Shown: piece by piece, positions 26,363 through 35,691 of the stretch
How positions within the stretch are numbered: position 1 is the stretch's first letter
Layout: each line of letters begins with the position of its first letter
Origin: Candidatus Micrarchaeota archaeon
GTDB lineage: Archaea; Micrarchaeota; Micrarchaeia; Micrarchaeales; CABMGC01
DNA: 64,000 nt
Assembly (NCBI GenBank): GCA_021817325.1
Contig: JAKAVK010000022.1
Coordinates: 1,077-65,076, forward strand
Direction of reading: 5' to 3'
Position numbers and translations under genes: made by a program
Notes under the pieces: model-generated
The model's input: only the letters and a program-made list of their open reading frames with translations
Databases searched by the model: none
What the model was told of the DNA's origin: nothing

Positions 26363-26683
26363 TCACTCTTTGTTATTGCCAGTGTCTCTTCCGCCAGATA
26401 ATTTGAGACCTTCGAGCCTTTTCCTAACAGTTTGTATCGTATGCCCGAATGCCTTTGCCATCTCATTCGGGGTCATCTGTGCCTCGATGGCTTGCCTGTA
26501 GGCCGCATCTGGTACGCGCCCGGCATAGAGATGTATCATGTTTATCTGACCTTCCGACTCAGTGCGTTCCCGGCGCATCTGTGCTATGACCATTTTGTTG
26601 TGCCGCTGCGCGTAGCGCATGGCTTCCGCAAGGGAGATGGGGGATTGCGTCTCTGCCGTTACAGCATCGCGTCTGACCGCCAT
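26363..26683 (-). CDS. small HTH-domain protein
   Basis: The C-terminal 'MTPNEMAKAFGHTIQTVRKRLEGL' looks like a helix-turn-helix. It lies directly upstream of the peptidase-like gene on the same strand. Confidence 0.5.
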   Translation of the reverse strand: MAVRRDAVTAETQSPISLAEAMRYAQRHNKMVIAQMRRERTESEGQINMIHLYAGRVPDAAYRQAIEAQMTPNEMAKAFGHTIQTVRKRLEGLKLSGGRDTGNNKE

Positions 26684-26759
26684 TCAATCACAAAAGGACA
26701 TTATTTTTTCCACCTAATAAAAATTACCTGTGAAAGGCACGGCAGGCTTGCTGGATCTC

Positions 26760-27158
26760 TTAGCGTAGTGCGCGTTGAAGCCTCAGATTGAGTTCTCCTT
26801 CGAGCGACGCGCGCATGCTGCGCACGATCTCTGCACTGCTCCTTCCACGCATCTCATCGACCATCTGGGCGGCATCTATAAAGGCAAGTGCCCTATATGA
26901 CACCCCAGTCCTGAATTCACTCCTTGCGAGTCTTAGCAGCATCCGGAACGTGTTGTATTTCTCCTTTGCACCCCCGGTGGCTGCATATTGGACCAGCGTT
27001 TTGAGACCCTCGTTGAAGCTCTTGTCCGCAGCAAATGCGCTATTAGGATCCCCATGCCTTACCCTCTTTGCCTCATCAAACAGGTTGCGGGCTTTGAGCA
27101 GTTGTGGCAGGCCGTCATATTTACTGCCTACATTCGCAGTGCTGATGCTCCTCTCCAT
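26760..27158 (-). CDS. hypothetical helical protein (132 aa)
   Basis: Track ORF. A TATA-like AAATTTAATCG sits on the minus strand 28-38 nt upstream of the ATG. I recognise no family. Confidence 0.45.
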   Translation of the reverse strand: MERSISTANVGSKYDGLPQLLKARNLFDEAKRVRHGDPNSAFAADKSFNEGLKTLVQYAATGGAKEKYNTFRMLLRLARSEFRTGVSYRALAFIDAAQMVDEMRGRSSAEIVRSMRASLEGELNLRLQRALR

Positions 27159-27539
27159 ATTTTCTACCCATAGTCTTGAACAACGATTAAATTTGGGATC
27201 CGCCCATTTTTATACTTATGCTGCAGATATGTGGGCGGGCAAGGCCCATGTACTCTTTTGTTGTCGTAGGTTTCACTCTGTTTCAACGTTTGTGATCAGT
27301 TGGTGTTTGCCAGGGCCATCGGCCCTGTTGAGTAAATTGAATTCTGTTGCAATAATGGCGATTTTTGAAGCAGGCAGTTGGAAGTTCGCCGCAAGACTAC
27401 TTTTTTCTACAAAAAGCCCCCTTGCTAGGCTTGTATTGCTTGCCGTGCGGCCGGCAAAAAGTTATATAAGCCTTTTCTTGCAAAGAATGTATGATGCGTC
27501 TCAGTGCTAGTGCTTGTTTTACTTGCGTTAGGTGTATGA

Positions 27540-27770
27540 TTGCCATCTAAGAGTGACCACGAGAGTGTGCCAGTTCACGAAAGGCTAGAGTACAAGGAAG
27601 TGAAGGCGGTCCTTGAGGAGAAAGGCCTCAGGATAGAGAATCTGCCCAAGATACTTGAGAGCGACCCGCAGGCAAAGAAGCTAGGTGCCAAGCCCGGCCA
27701 CGTGATACGCATACACAGGAAGGATGGCGAGAACGCCTACCTCTACTACCGTGTGGTAGTCGAGGGGTAG
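27540..27770 (+). CDS. rpoH: DNA-directed RNA polymerase subunit H (Rpo5)
   Basis: TTG start with AGGTG 6 nt upstream. 'VPVHERLEYKEVKAVLEEKGLRIENLPKILESDPQAKKLGAKPGHVIRIHRKD' fits the RpoH pattern H.LVP.H....LP.I...DP.....GAK.GDV..I.R. Confidence 0.85.
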   Translation: MPSKSDHESVPVHERLEYKEVKAVLEEKGLRIENLPKILESDPQAKKLGAKPGHVIRIHRKDGENAYLYYRVVVEG

Positions 27771-27819
27771 AGTAAGCAGGATACAGGCCTGTCTGACGTT
27801 ACGTTTATATTGTGATATC

Positions 27820-29289
27820 ATGCAACCGTTGCTAGAATCTTATCTTAACTCGACTTCCCTCGTACAGCACCAGGTGGAGAGCTTCAATAGGTTCCTCGAC
27901 TCCAGCCTGCAGAAGGTCGTTTCCAGGCAGAACATGATCGAGCCTAGCGTAGAAGGCTTTGCCCTCAAGCTTGGCAACATACGCCTTGACAGGATATCGA
28001 TAATAGAATCTGATGGTTCAAGAAGGGGCATACTCCCAAATGAGGCCCGGCTAAGAAACCTCACCTACGCGGCACCGATATTCATAGAGGTGGTGCCCAT
28101 AATAAGAGGTATAGAGAAGGCGGCCGCCTACGGAGAAGTCTTCGTAGGAGAGCTTCCGATTATGGTAAGATCAAATCTCTGCAACACAAAGAACATGGCC
28201 AAGAGCCAGATGGTTGAAAATGGCGAGGACCCTGAGGATCCGGGAGGCTACTTCATAATAAAGGGCGTCGAGCGCGTCCTTATCGGCCTTGAGGATGTCG
28301 CACCGAATAGGATAATAACAACCAAGGAAGGCGATGGCAAGGAGGTCAAGAGCCGTGTCTTTTCAACTACCCCTGGCTTCAGGGCTAGATGCGTGGTCAC
28401 TCGCAACCAGAACGGTATCTTCTCGATTGATTTCCCGACCACGAGCAAGAGCCTCGATTTCATAATGACGCTGAGGGCACTAGGGTTGCAGATGAACGAC
28501 GTACTTGCCTATTCCGAAGATCTTCTCTCCTTCAAGAACGACATGCTGCTCAATATGGAGACAAGCAATGCCAAAGAACTTGCACCGAAGGATGCGCTCC
28601 TAGAACTCGGAAAGATGGCAGCGCCAGGGCAGGCCTCCAAGTACCAGGAGAGGAGGGCGGAGATGCAGCTTGACAACTATCTCCTTCCGCACATAGGCAG
28701 CAGTGTAGAGGACAGGAAGGAGAAGGGCAAGTACCTGATCCAGATGGCCAGGAAGGCCACCATGATATCCAACAAGCTGGCAAAGCAGGATGACAAGGAC
28801 CATTACGCAAACAAGAGGGTCAAGTTCTCTGGGGAACTTATGGAGGAGCTCTTCGCATATGCATTTAGGTTCTTTGTGAAGGAGGTAAAGTACCAGATAG
28901 AGAGGACTAGTGCAAGGGGCAGGAAACTCTCAATCCAGGCGATAATAAACCCGGATACGCTCACCGAGAAGATCGCATACGCGATGGGAACGGGCACCTG
29001 GGTTGCAGGCCAGACCGGCGTATCGCAGGTGCTTGACAGGACCAATTTCATAAGCTCCTATACCCATCTGAGGAGGGTAAAGAGCCCACTTGCGAAGAAG
29101 CACCCTCACTTCAGAGCCAGGGACGTCCACGGAACGCAGTGGGGCAAGATCTGCCCGTCTGAGACCCCTGAAGGCCAGGAGGTGGGACTTACCAAGTATC
29201 TTGCACTGATGTCCAAGGTGACCGTAGGCGCAGACGAGGCGAGCGCAGAACAGAAGCTGAAGAGCCTTGGAAAAGTTGAACAGATATAA
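27820..29289 (+). CDS. rpoB2: DNA-directed RNA polymerase subunit B'' (N-terminal half of split Rpo2)
   Basis: Conserved RpoB N-terminal blocks are 'LVQHQVESFNRF', 'GGYFIIKGVERVLI', 'DHYANKRVKFSGELM' and 'HPHFRARDVHGTQWGKICPSETPEGQEVGLTKYLA'. Confidence 0.92.
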   Translation: MQPLLESYLNSTSLVQHQVESFNRFLDSSLQKVVSRQNMIEPSVEGFALKLGNIRLDRISIIESDGSRRGILPNEARLRNLTYAAPIFIEVVPIIRGIEKAAAYGEVFVGELPIMVRSNLCNTKNMAKSQMVENGEDPEDPGGYFIIKGVERVLIGLEDVAPNRIITTKEGDGKEVKSRVFSTTPGFRARCVVTRNQNGIFSIDFPTTSKSLDFIMTLRALGLQMNDVLAYSEDLLSFKNDMLLNMETSNAKELAPKDALLELGKMAAPGQASKYQERRAEMQLDNYLLPHIGSSVEDRKEKGKYLIQMARKATMISNKLAKQDDKDHYANKRVKFSGELMEELFAYAFRFFVKEVKYQIERTSARGRKLSIQAIINPDTLTEKIAYAMGTGTWVAGQTGVSQVLDRTNFISSYTHLRRVKSPLAKKHPHFRARDVHGTQWGKICPSETPEGQEVGLTKYLALMSKVTVGADEASAEQKLKSLGKVEQI

Positions 29290-29303
29290 AATTAGGTGTT
29301 TGC

Positions 29304-31136
29304 ATGGCTGACGAAAAAGAGAAAGGAAGATGCTATCTTTACCTGAACGGCCGGATCATCGGCTACCTTAGCGACCCTGAAGGATATGTCGCAGAGGTAA
29401 GGGCTGCGAGGAGGAGGGGCCTTATCTCTGGAGAGGTTAACGTAGCGTACCTCAAAAAGCTCAACGCGGTTAACGTGAATACCGACAGGGGCAGGATCAG
29501 GAAGCCATACATAATAGTGGAGAACAAGGTGCCGAAGCTGACCGCGGAGATAGGGGAGAAGATAAGGAAGAAGGAGGTTGACTTCAATTACCTTGTCAGA
29601 AACGGGATAGTAGAGTATCTCGATGCCGAAGAGGAGGAGAACGCCCTTGTCGCGTTCTCTGAGAGCGACATCACCGACGCAACGACCCATATGGAGGTCG
29701 ATGTGGCAGCGATCTTCGGATTCACTATAAACACCTCGCCGTTCCCTGAGCACAACAACCTTGCCAGGCATGCAATGCTGGCTAACTTCACCAAGCAGGC
29801 GGAGGGTATGTATCTCTCGAACTTCAACCTGAGGTTTGATTCGCGTGCATACCTGCTGTTCTATCCGCAGGCGCCGGTGGTTACTACAAAGGCCTATGAT
29901 GGCATAAATATACAGCACCACCCCAGCGGCCAGAACTTCGTTGTCGCTCTGTCAACATATTATGGGTACAACATGGCAGATGCAGTGGTTGTTAACAAGG
30001 CTGCAGTTGACAGAGGCCTTGGACGCAGCGTCTTCTACAAGACTTATGTTGACGAGGAGCGGAGATACCCAGGAGGGCAGAAGGACCGCTTCAAGATGCC
30101 CCCGCCTACTGCAGAGGGATACATGGGCGAGCACGTCTACGCAAAGCTGAGCGATGATGGCATCATCGAGCCAGAGATGCATGTTGAGGAGGGAGAGGCG
30201 CTCATAGGCAAGGTCGCTCCGCCAAGATTCCTTGAGGAGAACATAGGAGCCGGAGGCCTTGAAGAGAAGATGCGCGACGACTCCACAGTGCTAAAGACAG
30301 GGGAGAGCGGAGAGGTTGACAGCGTAGTATTCACCGAATCGACAGGCGCTACAAAGATAGTCAAGGTCAGGGTAAGGAGCCTGAGGGTGCCTGAGAAGGG
30401 CGACAAGTTTGCCAGCAGGCACGGCCAGAAAGGCGTTATCGCAATGGTGGTGCCGCAGGAGGACATGCCGTTCACTTCTGAGGGTGTCATACCGGATCTT
30501 ATGCTCAACCCCCACTCGATTCCCACAAGGCTTACTTTCGGGCACCTGCTCGAGACACTGGCCGGCAAGGCTGGGGCGGTAACTGGCAAGATAGTCGATG
30601 GAACGGCCTTCGCTGAGAAGGGCTCGGTGCGCATGGAGGAGTACAGCAGGGCGCTGGAGAGTCATGGCTTTGACAGGAACGGCGAGGAACTGCTTTATGA
30701 CGGAATAACAGGCAGGCCTTTTAAGTCACAGATCTTCACAGGGGTTGTCTATTACAACAGGCTTTACCACATGGTCAGCAACAAGATACAGGTAAGGAGC
30801 AGAGGCAAGGTGCAGATACTGACGCACCAGCCTACTGAGGGAAAGGCCAGGCAGGGTGCGCTGAGATTCGGAGAGATGGAACGTGATGCGCTCATAGGAT
30901 ACGGCGCGAGTCTCCTGCTCAAGGAGCGCCTGCTTGACCAGTCGGACAAGGCAGAAGTGCTGATCTGCAAAGAGTGCGGGGACATAGGCTACTACGACAG
31001 GATAAAGAAGGTGGCGATATGCCCGCTGTGCAACAGCAACAGCTTCGCGGAGGTCGAGATCAGCTACGCGTTCAAGATACTGCTCGACGAGATAAAGTCG
31101 TTGCATATACTTCCGAGCATAAAGCTAAACCAGTGA
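29304..31136 (+). CDS. rpoB1: DNA-directed RNA polymerase subunit B' (C-terminal half of split Rpo2)
   Basis: 'GDKFASRHGQKGVIA', 'PDLMLNPHSIPTRLTFGHLLE', 'YYNRLYHMVSNKIQVRSRGKVQILTHQPTEGKARQGALRFGEMERDAL' and a C-terminal Zn ribbon 'CKECGD...CPLC'. Confidence 0.92.
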   Translation: MADEKEKGRCYLYLNGRIIGYLSDPEGYVAEVRAARRRGLISGEVNVAYLKKLNAVNVNTDRGRIRKPYIIVENKVPKLTAEIGEKIRKKEVDFNYLVRNGIVEYLDAEEEENALVAFSESDITDATTHMEVDVAAIFGFTINTSPFPEHNNLARHAMLANFTKQAEGMYLSNFNLRFDSRAYLLFYPQAPVVTTKAYDGINIQHHPSGQNFVVALSTYYGYNMADAVVVNKAAVDRGLGRSVFYKTYVDEERRYPGGQKDRFKMPPPTAEGYMGEHVYAKLSDDGIIEPEMHVEEGEALIGKVAPPRFLEENIGAGGLEEKMRDDSTVLKTGESGEVDSVVFTESTGATKIVKVRVRSLRVPEKGDKFASRHGQKGVIAMVVPQEDMPFTSEGVIPDLMLNPHSIPTRLTFGHLLETLAGKAGAVTGKIVDGTAFAEKGSVRMEEYSRALESHGFDRNGEELLYDGITGRPFKSQIFTGVVYYNRLYHMVSNKIQVRSRGKVQILTHQPTEGKARQGALRFGEMERDALIGYGASLLLKERLLDQSDKAEVLICKECGDIGYYDRIKKVAICPLCNSNSFAEVEISYAFKILLDEIKSLHILPSIKLNQ

Positions 31137-31142
31137 GTATTC

Positions 31143-31613
31143 ATGCCTATAACACGAACAGGACGGAACAGGGCGCTTGCCGCTGCGGTAGAGAACTATA
31201 ATCTCAAAGCGGTTAGGGATGCTATACGTAGCGGCGCGGATTGCAATTCCCGGTGCGTAGTTGGAGCCATAAGCACAGCGGTTTTGGGCAGCTCACATTC
31301 GGCAGATCTTGTAAGGCTTCTTTTGCTGGACGGAGGAATGAAGGCGCCAGACAATCTGCTAAGCATTGCAATAAGGTTTAGGCGTTATGATGTCGCCGGG
31401 TTGCTGGTAGCAAACGGCGCGAAGGCCGCACAGTCGGACATTGATGCTTTAAAGGCGCGGGTAGAGATGGAACTGCCTGCCAAAAGGGACAGGGAACTGA
31501 TGAGGGTCGATGCTGAGATAGGCAATGTACACACGCTGCTTGGGGCTCTGCGCGAGAGGCAGGCGGCTGCGGACATACGGACGGATGGAAGAGAGCGCAC
31601 AGGTATTAGGTGA
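31143..31613 (+). CDS. ankyrin-repeat-like protein 1 (156 aa) inside the RNAP operon
   Basis: Starts 6 nt after the rpoB' stop. 'AVENYNLKAVRDAIRSGADCN', 'HSADLVRLLLLDGGMKAPD' and 'RRYDVAGLLVANGAKA' resemble the ANK consensus (..D.V..LL..GA..N). It shares the N-terminus 'MPITR.G' with the next ORF. Confidence 0.6.
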   Translation: MPITRTGRNRALAAAVENYNLKAVRDAIRSGADCNSRCVVGAISTAVLGSSHSADLVRLLLLDGGMKAPDNLLSIAIRFRRYDVAGLLVANGAKAAQSDIDALKARVEMELPAKRDRELMRVDAEIGNVHTLLGALRERQAAADIRTDGRERTGIR

Positions 31614-31617
31614 CATT

Positions 31618-32064
31618 ATGCCAATCACAAGGAGAGGATGGACTGAGAAACTGGTCGACGCGATGTCGCACGACGACCTTAGGGGAGCCCTTGAGGCAGT
31701 AAGGCGCGGGGCCGAGCATGACGATCCTTACGTCCATGCGCTCTTCCTGACTGGCATCTCGAGGGGCAGGCTTGAGATGGGAAGGGAGCTGATCAGGAAC
31801 GGCTTTAGGGTAACCCAGGAGGACCTCTCAAGTGCGATAGAGGGTAAGGACTATGCAGTTGCGCGTTTTCTGGTTGAGAACGGCGTGAGGCCTACTGCAG
31901 ATGAGAGGAATGCCCTTGAGGAGAGGGTGAACAGACCGATAATTGAAGATGGAAGAACCAGCGGGGAGTTATTTGAGCTCAAGGCGCTGATGAAGAGGAT
32001 ATATGAACAGGATGCGGGTGGAAACGCGGATGCCCATGACGCTCATGTTGAATTGGTTGCGTGA
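31618..32064 (+). CDS. ankyrin-repeat-like protein 2 (148 aa) inside the RNAP operon
   Basis: Trimmed from track ORF 31525 to ATG 31618, which has AGGTGA 8 nt upstream and lies 4 nt after the previous stop. Repeat-like units are 'SHDDLRGALEAVRRGAEHDD', 'GRLEMGRELIRNGFRV' and 'KDYAVARFLVENGVRP'. Confidence 0.6.
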   Translation: MPITRRGWTEKLVDAMSHDDLRGALEAVRRGAEHDDPYVHALFLTGISRGRLEMGRELIRNGFRVTQEDLSSAIEGKDYAVARFLVENGVRPTADERNALEERVNRPIIEDGRTSGELFELKALMKRIYEQDAGGNADAHDAHVELVA

Positions 32065-32069
32065 TTCTT

Positions 32070-34643
32070 ATGCAAGCGGAGATAATAGATAGTGTGAAAT
32101 TCGGGATAGTCTCTCCTGAGCAGATAAAGAGGCTCAGTGTAGTGAAGCTCAGTGTTCCAGACACGTACAACGAAGATGGTTACCCAATAGACGGAGGGCT
32201 GCTCGACCAGAGGCTTGGGGTCATAGATCCGGGCCTGGTATGCAAGACATGCGGGGCCAGGGCGAAGAGCTGCCCAGGCCACTTCGGCCACATAGAGCTT
32301 GTCAGACCGGTTATCCACTCCGAGTTCTCAAAAATAATATATATGGTAATACAGTCCACGTGCAGGAGCTGCCATAGGATACTGCTGAACGACGATGGAA
32401 TAAAGATGCTCGAGGAGAGAAGCCATGGAATCTCGATACTCGAGGAGGAGATGATAGGCGAGGGCGAAGGAGAGGAGGAGGGCAAGAAGTCTGATGAGAA
32501 GAGCCTTCTCAAGAGGATACGGAGCATCAAGAAGTGCCCCCACTGCGGCGCGGTGCAGCAGAAGATAAAGTTCTCCGCCCCGACATACTTCTATATTGAG
32601 GATAGAAAGCTCAAGCCGGATGAGATAAGGGACGCTATGGCCGCTGTAAGCAATGAGGACCTTAAGATCCTTGGGATAGACCCGGATGCAAGCCGGCCGG
32701 AATGGTTGATACTTGGACTTCTGCTGGTTCCACCAGTCAATGTGAGACCATCTATAACCCTCGAGAGCGGCGAGAGGAGCGAAGATGATCTGACGCACAA
32801 GCTCGTCGATATAATGCGCATAAACCAGAGACTGGGTCAGAACATAAATGCCGGCGCGCCGCAGATCATAATAGATGATCTCTGGGAACTGCTGCAGTAC
32901 CACGTTACCGCATATTTCAACAATGAGACATCCGGGATACCGCCGGCAAGGCATAGGTCAGGTAGGGCGCTAAAGACGCTGGCACAGAGGCTGAAGGGGA
33001 AGGAGGGCCGTTTCAGGTATAACCTGAGCGGCAAGAGGGTCAACTACTCCGCCAGAACAGTCATAAGCGTGGATCCTTACATAGACCTCAACGAGGTCGG
33101 GGTACCGCACGAGGTTGCCGAGAAGCTCACTGTGCCCTTCTACGTGACTGCATGGAATCTCGAGAAGGCGAAGGAGATGCTTGCACGCGCACAGTACCCT
33201 TCGATACTTAATCTTGTCAGTACAGACGGCAAGAGGAAGCGGGTCATAGACATCAACAGGGAGGAGCTTCTCAAGGAGCTAAAGCCAGGGGACATACTGG
33301 AAAGGCAGCTTGTTGATGGCGACATAGTGCTCTTCAATAGGCAGCCTTCACTACACAGGATGTCGATAATGGCGCACAGGGTCAGGGTATTGCCGGGCAA
33401 GACCTTCAGGATAAACTTCTGCGTTACTCCGCCGTACAATGCTGACTTCGACGGAGACGAGATGAATATGCACGTGCCGCAGACACTTGAGGCACAGGCC
33501 GAGGCGAAGTACCTGATGGAAGTGCAGTATCAGATCTTCTCGCCCAGGGACGGAGAGGCGATAATCACCAATAACGAGGACGGGATAACCGGAATGTACT
33601 TCCTTACAAAGGACGAGACAAGGCTGGATAAGGAGGAGGCTTCATATGTCCTTGGCATTGCGGGCATATACGAACTGCCGGAGCCTACAAAGGACGGCAT
33701 GTACAAGGGCAAGGACGTCTTCTCGATGCTGCTTCCAAAGGACCTTGACTTCGAGATAAAGAGCCATGGGAATACGTTCAAGATAAGCAAGGGCAAGCTG
33801 GTCGAGGGAGTGGTGACAAAGGAGACATACGGAAGGGGCAACAACAAGCTTCTCATCAAGATAGGCATGGATTATGGACCTGAAGCCCTCAGGAACTTTC
33901 TATTCGTCTCATCGAAGCTGGCAGACGCATACGTAACGCTCGCAGGAGTTACCGTTGGCACAAAGGAGTACATGACCAACGACGAGATAGAGAAGGCGAG
34001 GGCAGAACTTCTGGAGAACACCTTCAAGCAGGTGGATGAGAAGATAACGCAGTATAAGGATGGCAAGCTTGATCCGCTCATCGGCTATACCAGGAGGGAG
34101 TCGCTGGAGCGCATGATAATAGTGGACCTCAACGTTGCAAGGGAAGAGGCCGGAAGCGTGCTCATAAAGTACGTTAACGCGCTAAACAGCGCAATGCAGA
34201 TGGCCAGGGCGGGCTCGAGAGGCAGCATCTTCCAGTATGAACAGATGTCGATGTTCCTCGGCCAGCAGGCAACGCTCTCGGGAGGCAGGATAAAGAGAGG
34301 TTACTACACCAACAGGGTGCTGCCCCACATCTATAGCGGGGATGTGAGGCCCAGGGCGCGCGGATTCGTTGCCACCAACTATTACACAGGACTCTCCCCG
34401 ATAGACCTGTTCATGCACGCTGTAGGCTCAAGGGGGTCTGAGGTCTACAAGGCGCTGCTTACCGCGCGCAGCGGATATCTCTACAGGAGGCTGTCTAACG
34501 CGCTGCAGGACTTCCACGTTGACAGGGACCTCAGCGTAAGGGACACGAACAACAACCTCATACAGACAGTGTACGGCGGCGATGCAGTAAGCCCGGTGAA
34601 TGTCCAGTTCCTGAAGATGGCCGAGAAGGAAAAGGAGAAGTGA
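32070..34643 (+). CDS. rpoA1: DNA-directed RNA polymerase subunit A' (Rpo1N)
   Basis: ATG 32070; the track GTG 32061 overlaps the upstream stop as GTGA. It has an N-terminal Zn motif 'CKTCGARAKSCPGHFGHIEL', 'VLFNRQPSLHRMSIMAHRVRV' and the catalytic 'YNADFDGDEMNMHVPQ'. Confidence 0.93.
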   Translation: MQAEIIDSVKFGIVSPEQIKRLSVVKLSVPDTYNEDGYPIDGGLLDQRLGVIDPGLVCKTCGARAKSCPGHFGHIELVRPVIHSEFSKIIYMVIQSTCRSCHRILLNDDGIKMLEERSHGISILEEEMIGEGEGEEEGKKSDEKSLLKRIRSIKKCPHCGAVQQKIKFSAPTYFYIEDRKLKPDEIRDAMAAVSNEDLKILGIDPDASRPEWLILGLLLVPPVNVRPSITLESGERSEDDLTHKLVDIMRINQRLGQNINAGAPQIIIDDLWELLQYHVTAYFNNETSGIPPARHRSGRALKTLAQRLKGKEGRFRYNLSGKRVNYSARTVISVDPYIDLNEVGVPHEVAEKLTVPFYVTAWNLEKAKEMLARAQYPSILNLVSTDGKRKRVIDINREELLKELKPGDILERQLVDGDIVLFNRQPSLHRMSIMAHRVRVLPGKTFRINFCVTPPYNADFDGDEMNMHVPQTLEAQAEAKYLMEVQYQIFSPRDGEAIITNNEDGITGMYFLTKDETRLDKEEASYVLGIAGIYELPEPTKDGMYKGKDVFSMLLPKDLDFEIKSHGNTFKISKGKLVEGVVTKETYGRGNNKLLIKIGMDYGPEALRNFLFVSSKLADAYVTLAGVTVGTKEYMTNDEIEKARAELLENTFKQVDEKITQYKDGKLDPLIGYTRRESLERMIIVDLNVAREEAGSVLIKYVNALNSAMQMARAGSRGSIFQYEQMSMFLGQQATLSGGRIKRGYYTNRVLPHIYSGDVRPRARGFVATNYYTGLSPIDLFMHAVGSRGSEVYKALLTARSGYLYRRLSNALQDFHVDRDLSVRDTNNNLIQTVYGGDAVSPVNVQFLKMAEKEKEK

Positions 34644-34647
34644 TATT

Positions 34648-35691
34648 ATGGCTAAGGATGACAATGAGAAAGAGTACGAGATCGAATACAGCGAACCTGT
34701 AGGCATTCTTGCTGCACAGTCAGTCGGAGAGCCTGGCACGCAGATGATACTGCGCTCGTTCCACTTTGCAGGAATAGAGTCTGCCATAGCAACGTCTGGC
34801 CTGCCGCGCATAGTGGAGCTGGTCGATGCGAAGAAGAAGCCGGCAACTCCCATAACCTATGTCTACCTGTCTGGCAGCGCGGGCAAGAATGTTGAGGAAG
34901 CAGACAGGATAGCAAAGAAGATCAATGAGGTTAAGATGTCTACGCTGGTCAAGAGGACGGTTGAGAATTTCTCTAAAGGCACAATAAAGATACTGCTCAG
35001 CAAGCAGGAGCTAGAGTCGGAGGAACTCACCCTTGGACAGGTTGCAGATAGGATACAGAAGGTCATGAAGGTGGAGGCGCGCGCCGAGGACAGGTACGTC
35101 TTGGTAAAGATCCATACAAAGAACCTTAAGGAGATCAGGTCCACAGGTGTGAAGCTGATGAAGGCGGTCATAAGCGGCATCGAAGGTGCAGGAAAGGCAG
35201 TCATACAGCGCGACAAGAAGAGCGGAGAGTTCTATATCATAGCCGCAGGCAGCAACATAGAGGGCATCCTCACGGTAGACGGCGTTGACAAGTCAAGGAT
35301 TTACACGAATGACGTCTTCGCAATGTATAGGGTGTTTGGCATAGAAGCTGCAAGAAACGCGATAGCAAAGGAGCTCTCCACCACGCTGGATGAGCAGAAG
35401 ATATCTGTTGACATAAGGCATCTGCTGCTTATCGCAGACGCAATGACTGCAGGCGGCACCATCAAGGGAGTGGGGAGGCACGGGCTCAGCGGCCAGAAGA
35501 ACTCGGTCTTCGCTAAGGCTGCCTATGAGGAAACTGTCAAGCACCTGATAAACGCGGCTGCGTTCGGCGAGGTAGACCCAATGAAGGGAGTGACTGAGAA
35601 CATACTTGTTGGCAAGCAGATACCGATAGGGACAGGGTCGGTCAGGCTGGCCATAAAGAAGGAGGACATGTCAAGGGCAAAGCCCAGGTAA
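34648..35691 (+). CDS. rpoA2: DNA-directed RNA polymerase subunit A'' (Rpo1C)
   Basis: 'EPVGILAAQSVGEPGTQMILRSFHFAG' and 'TNDVFAMYRVFGIEAARNAI...HLLLIADAMT' are trigger-loop region blocks. Confidence 0.92.
   Translation: MAKDDNEKEYEIEYSEPVGILAAQSVGEPGTQMILRSFHFAGIESAIATSGLPRIVELVDAKKKPATPITYVYLSGSAGKNVEEADRIAKKINEVKMSTLVKRTVENFSKGTIKILLSKQELESEELTLGQVADRIQKVMKVEARAEDRYVLVKIHTKNLKEIRSTGVKLMKAVISGIEGAGKAVIQRDKKSGEFYIIAAGSNIEGILTVDGVDKSRIYTNDVFAMYRVFGIEAARNAIAKELSTTLDEQKISVDIRHLLLIADAMTAGGTIKGVGRHGLSGQKNSVFAKAAYEETVKHLINAAAFGEVDPMKGVTENILVGKQIPIGTGSVRLAIKKEDMSRAKPR

Noticed and set aside
26788-27510. 240-aa + ORF spanning 26760..27158(-) and the following intergenic region
   Set aside because: It is antisense to a better minus-strand ORF that has a promoter-like box. 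The remainder runs through hairpin-rich non-coding DNA. The composition is Ser/Leu/Ala-rich.
27486-27560. Possible C/D-box sRNA (AUGAUGC ... UGAUUG)
   Set aside because: No CUGA D or D' boxes lie at the required spacing, and the stretch overlaps the rpoH SD and start.
29292-30665. Minus-strand ORFs overlapping rpoB' (29292..29921, 30137..30634, 30291..30665)
   Set aside because: They are antisense to an unambiguous RNAP B' subunit and show no independent signals.
27820-31136. rpoB in two ORFs, considered as a possible frameshift or pseudogene
   Set aside because: A split into B'' and B' with a 14-nt spacer and its own start is the natural state in several archaeal lineages. Both halves are intact.
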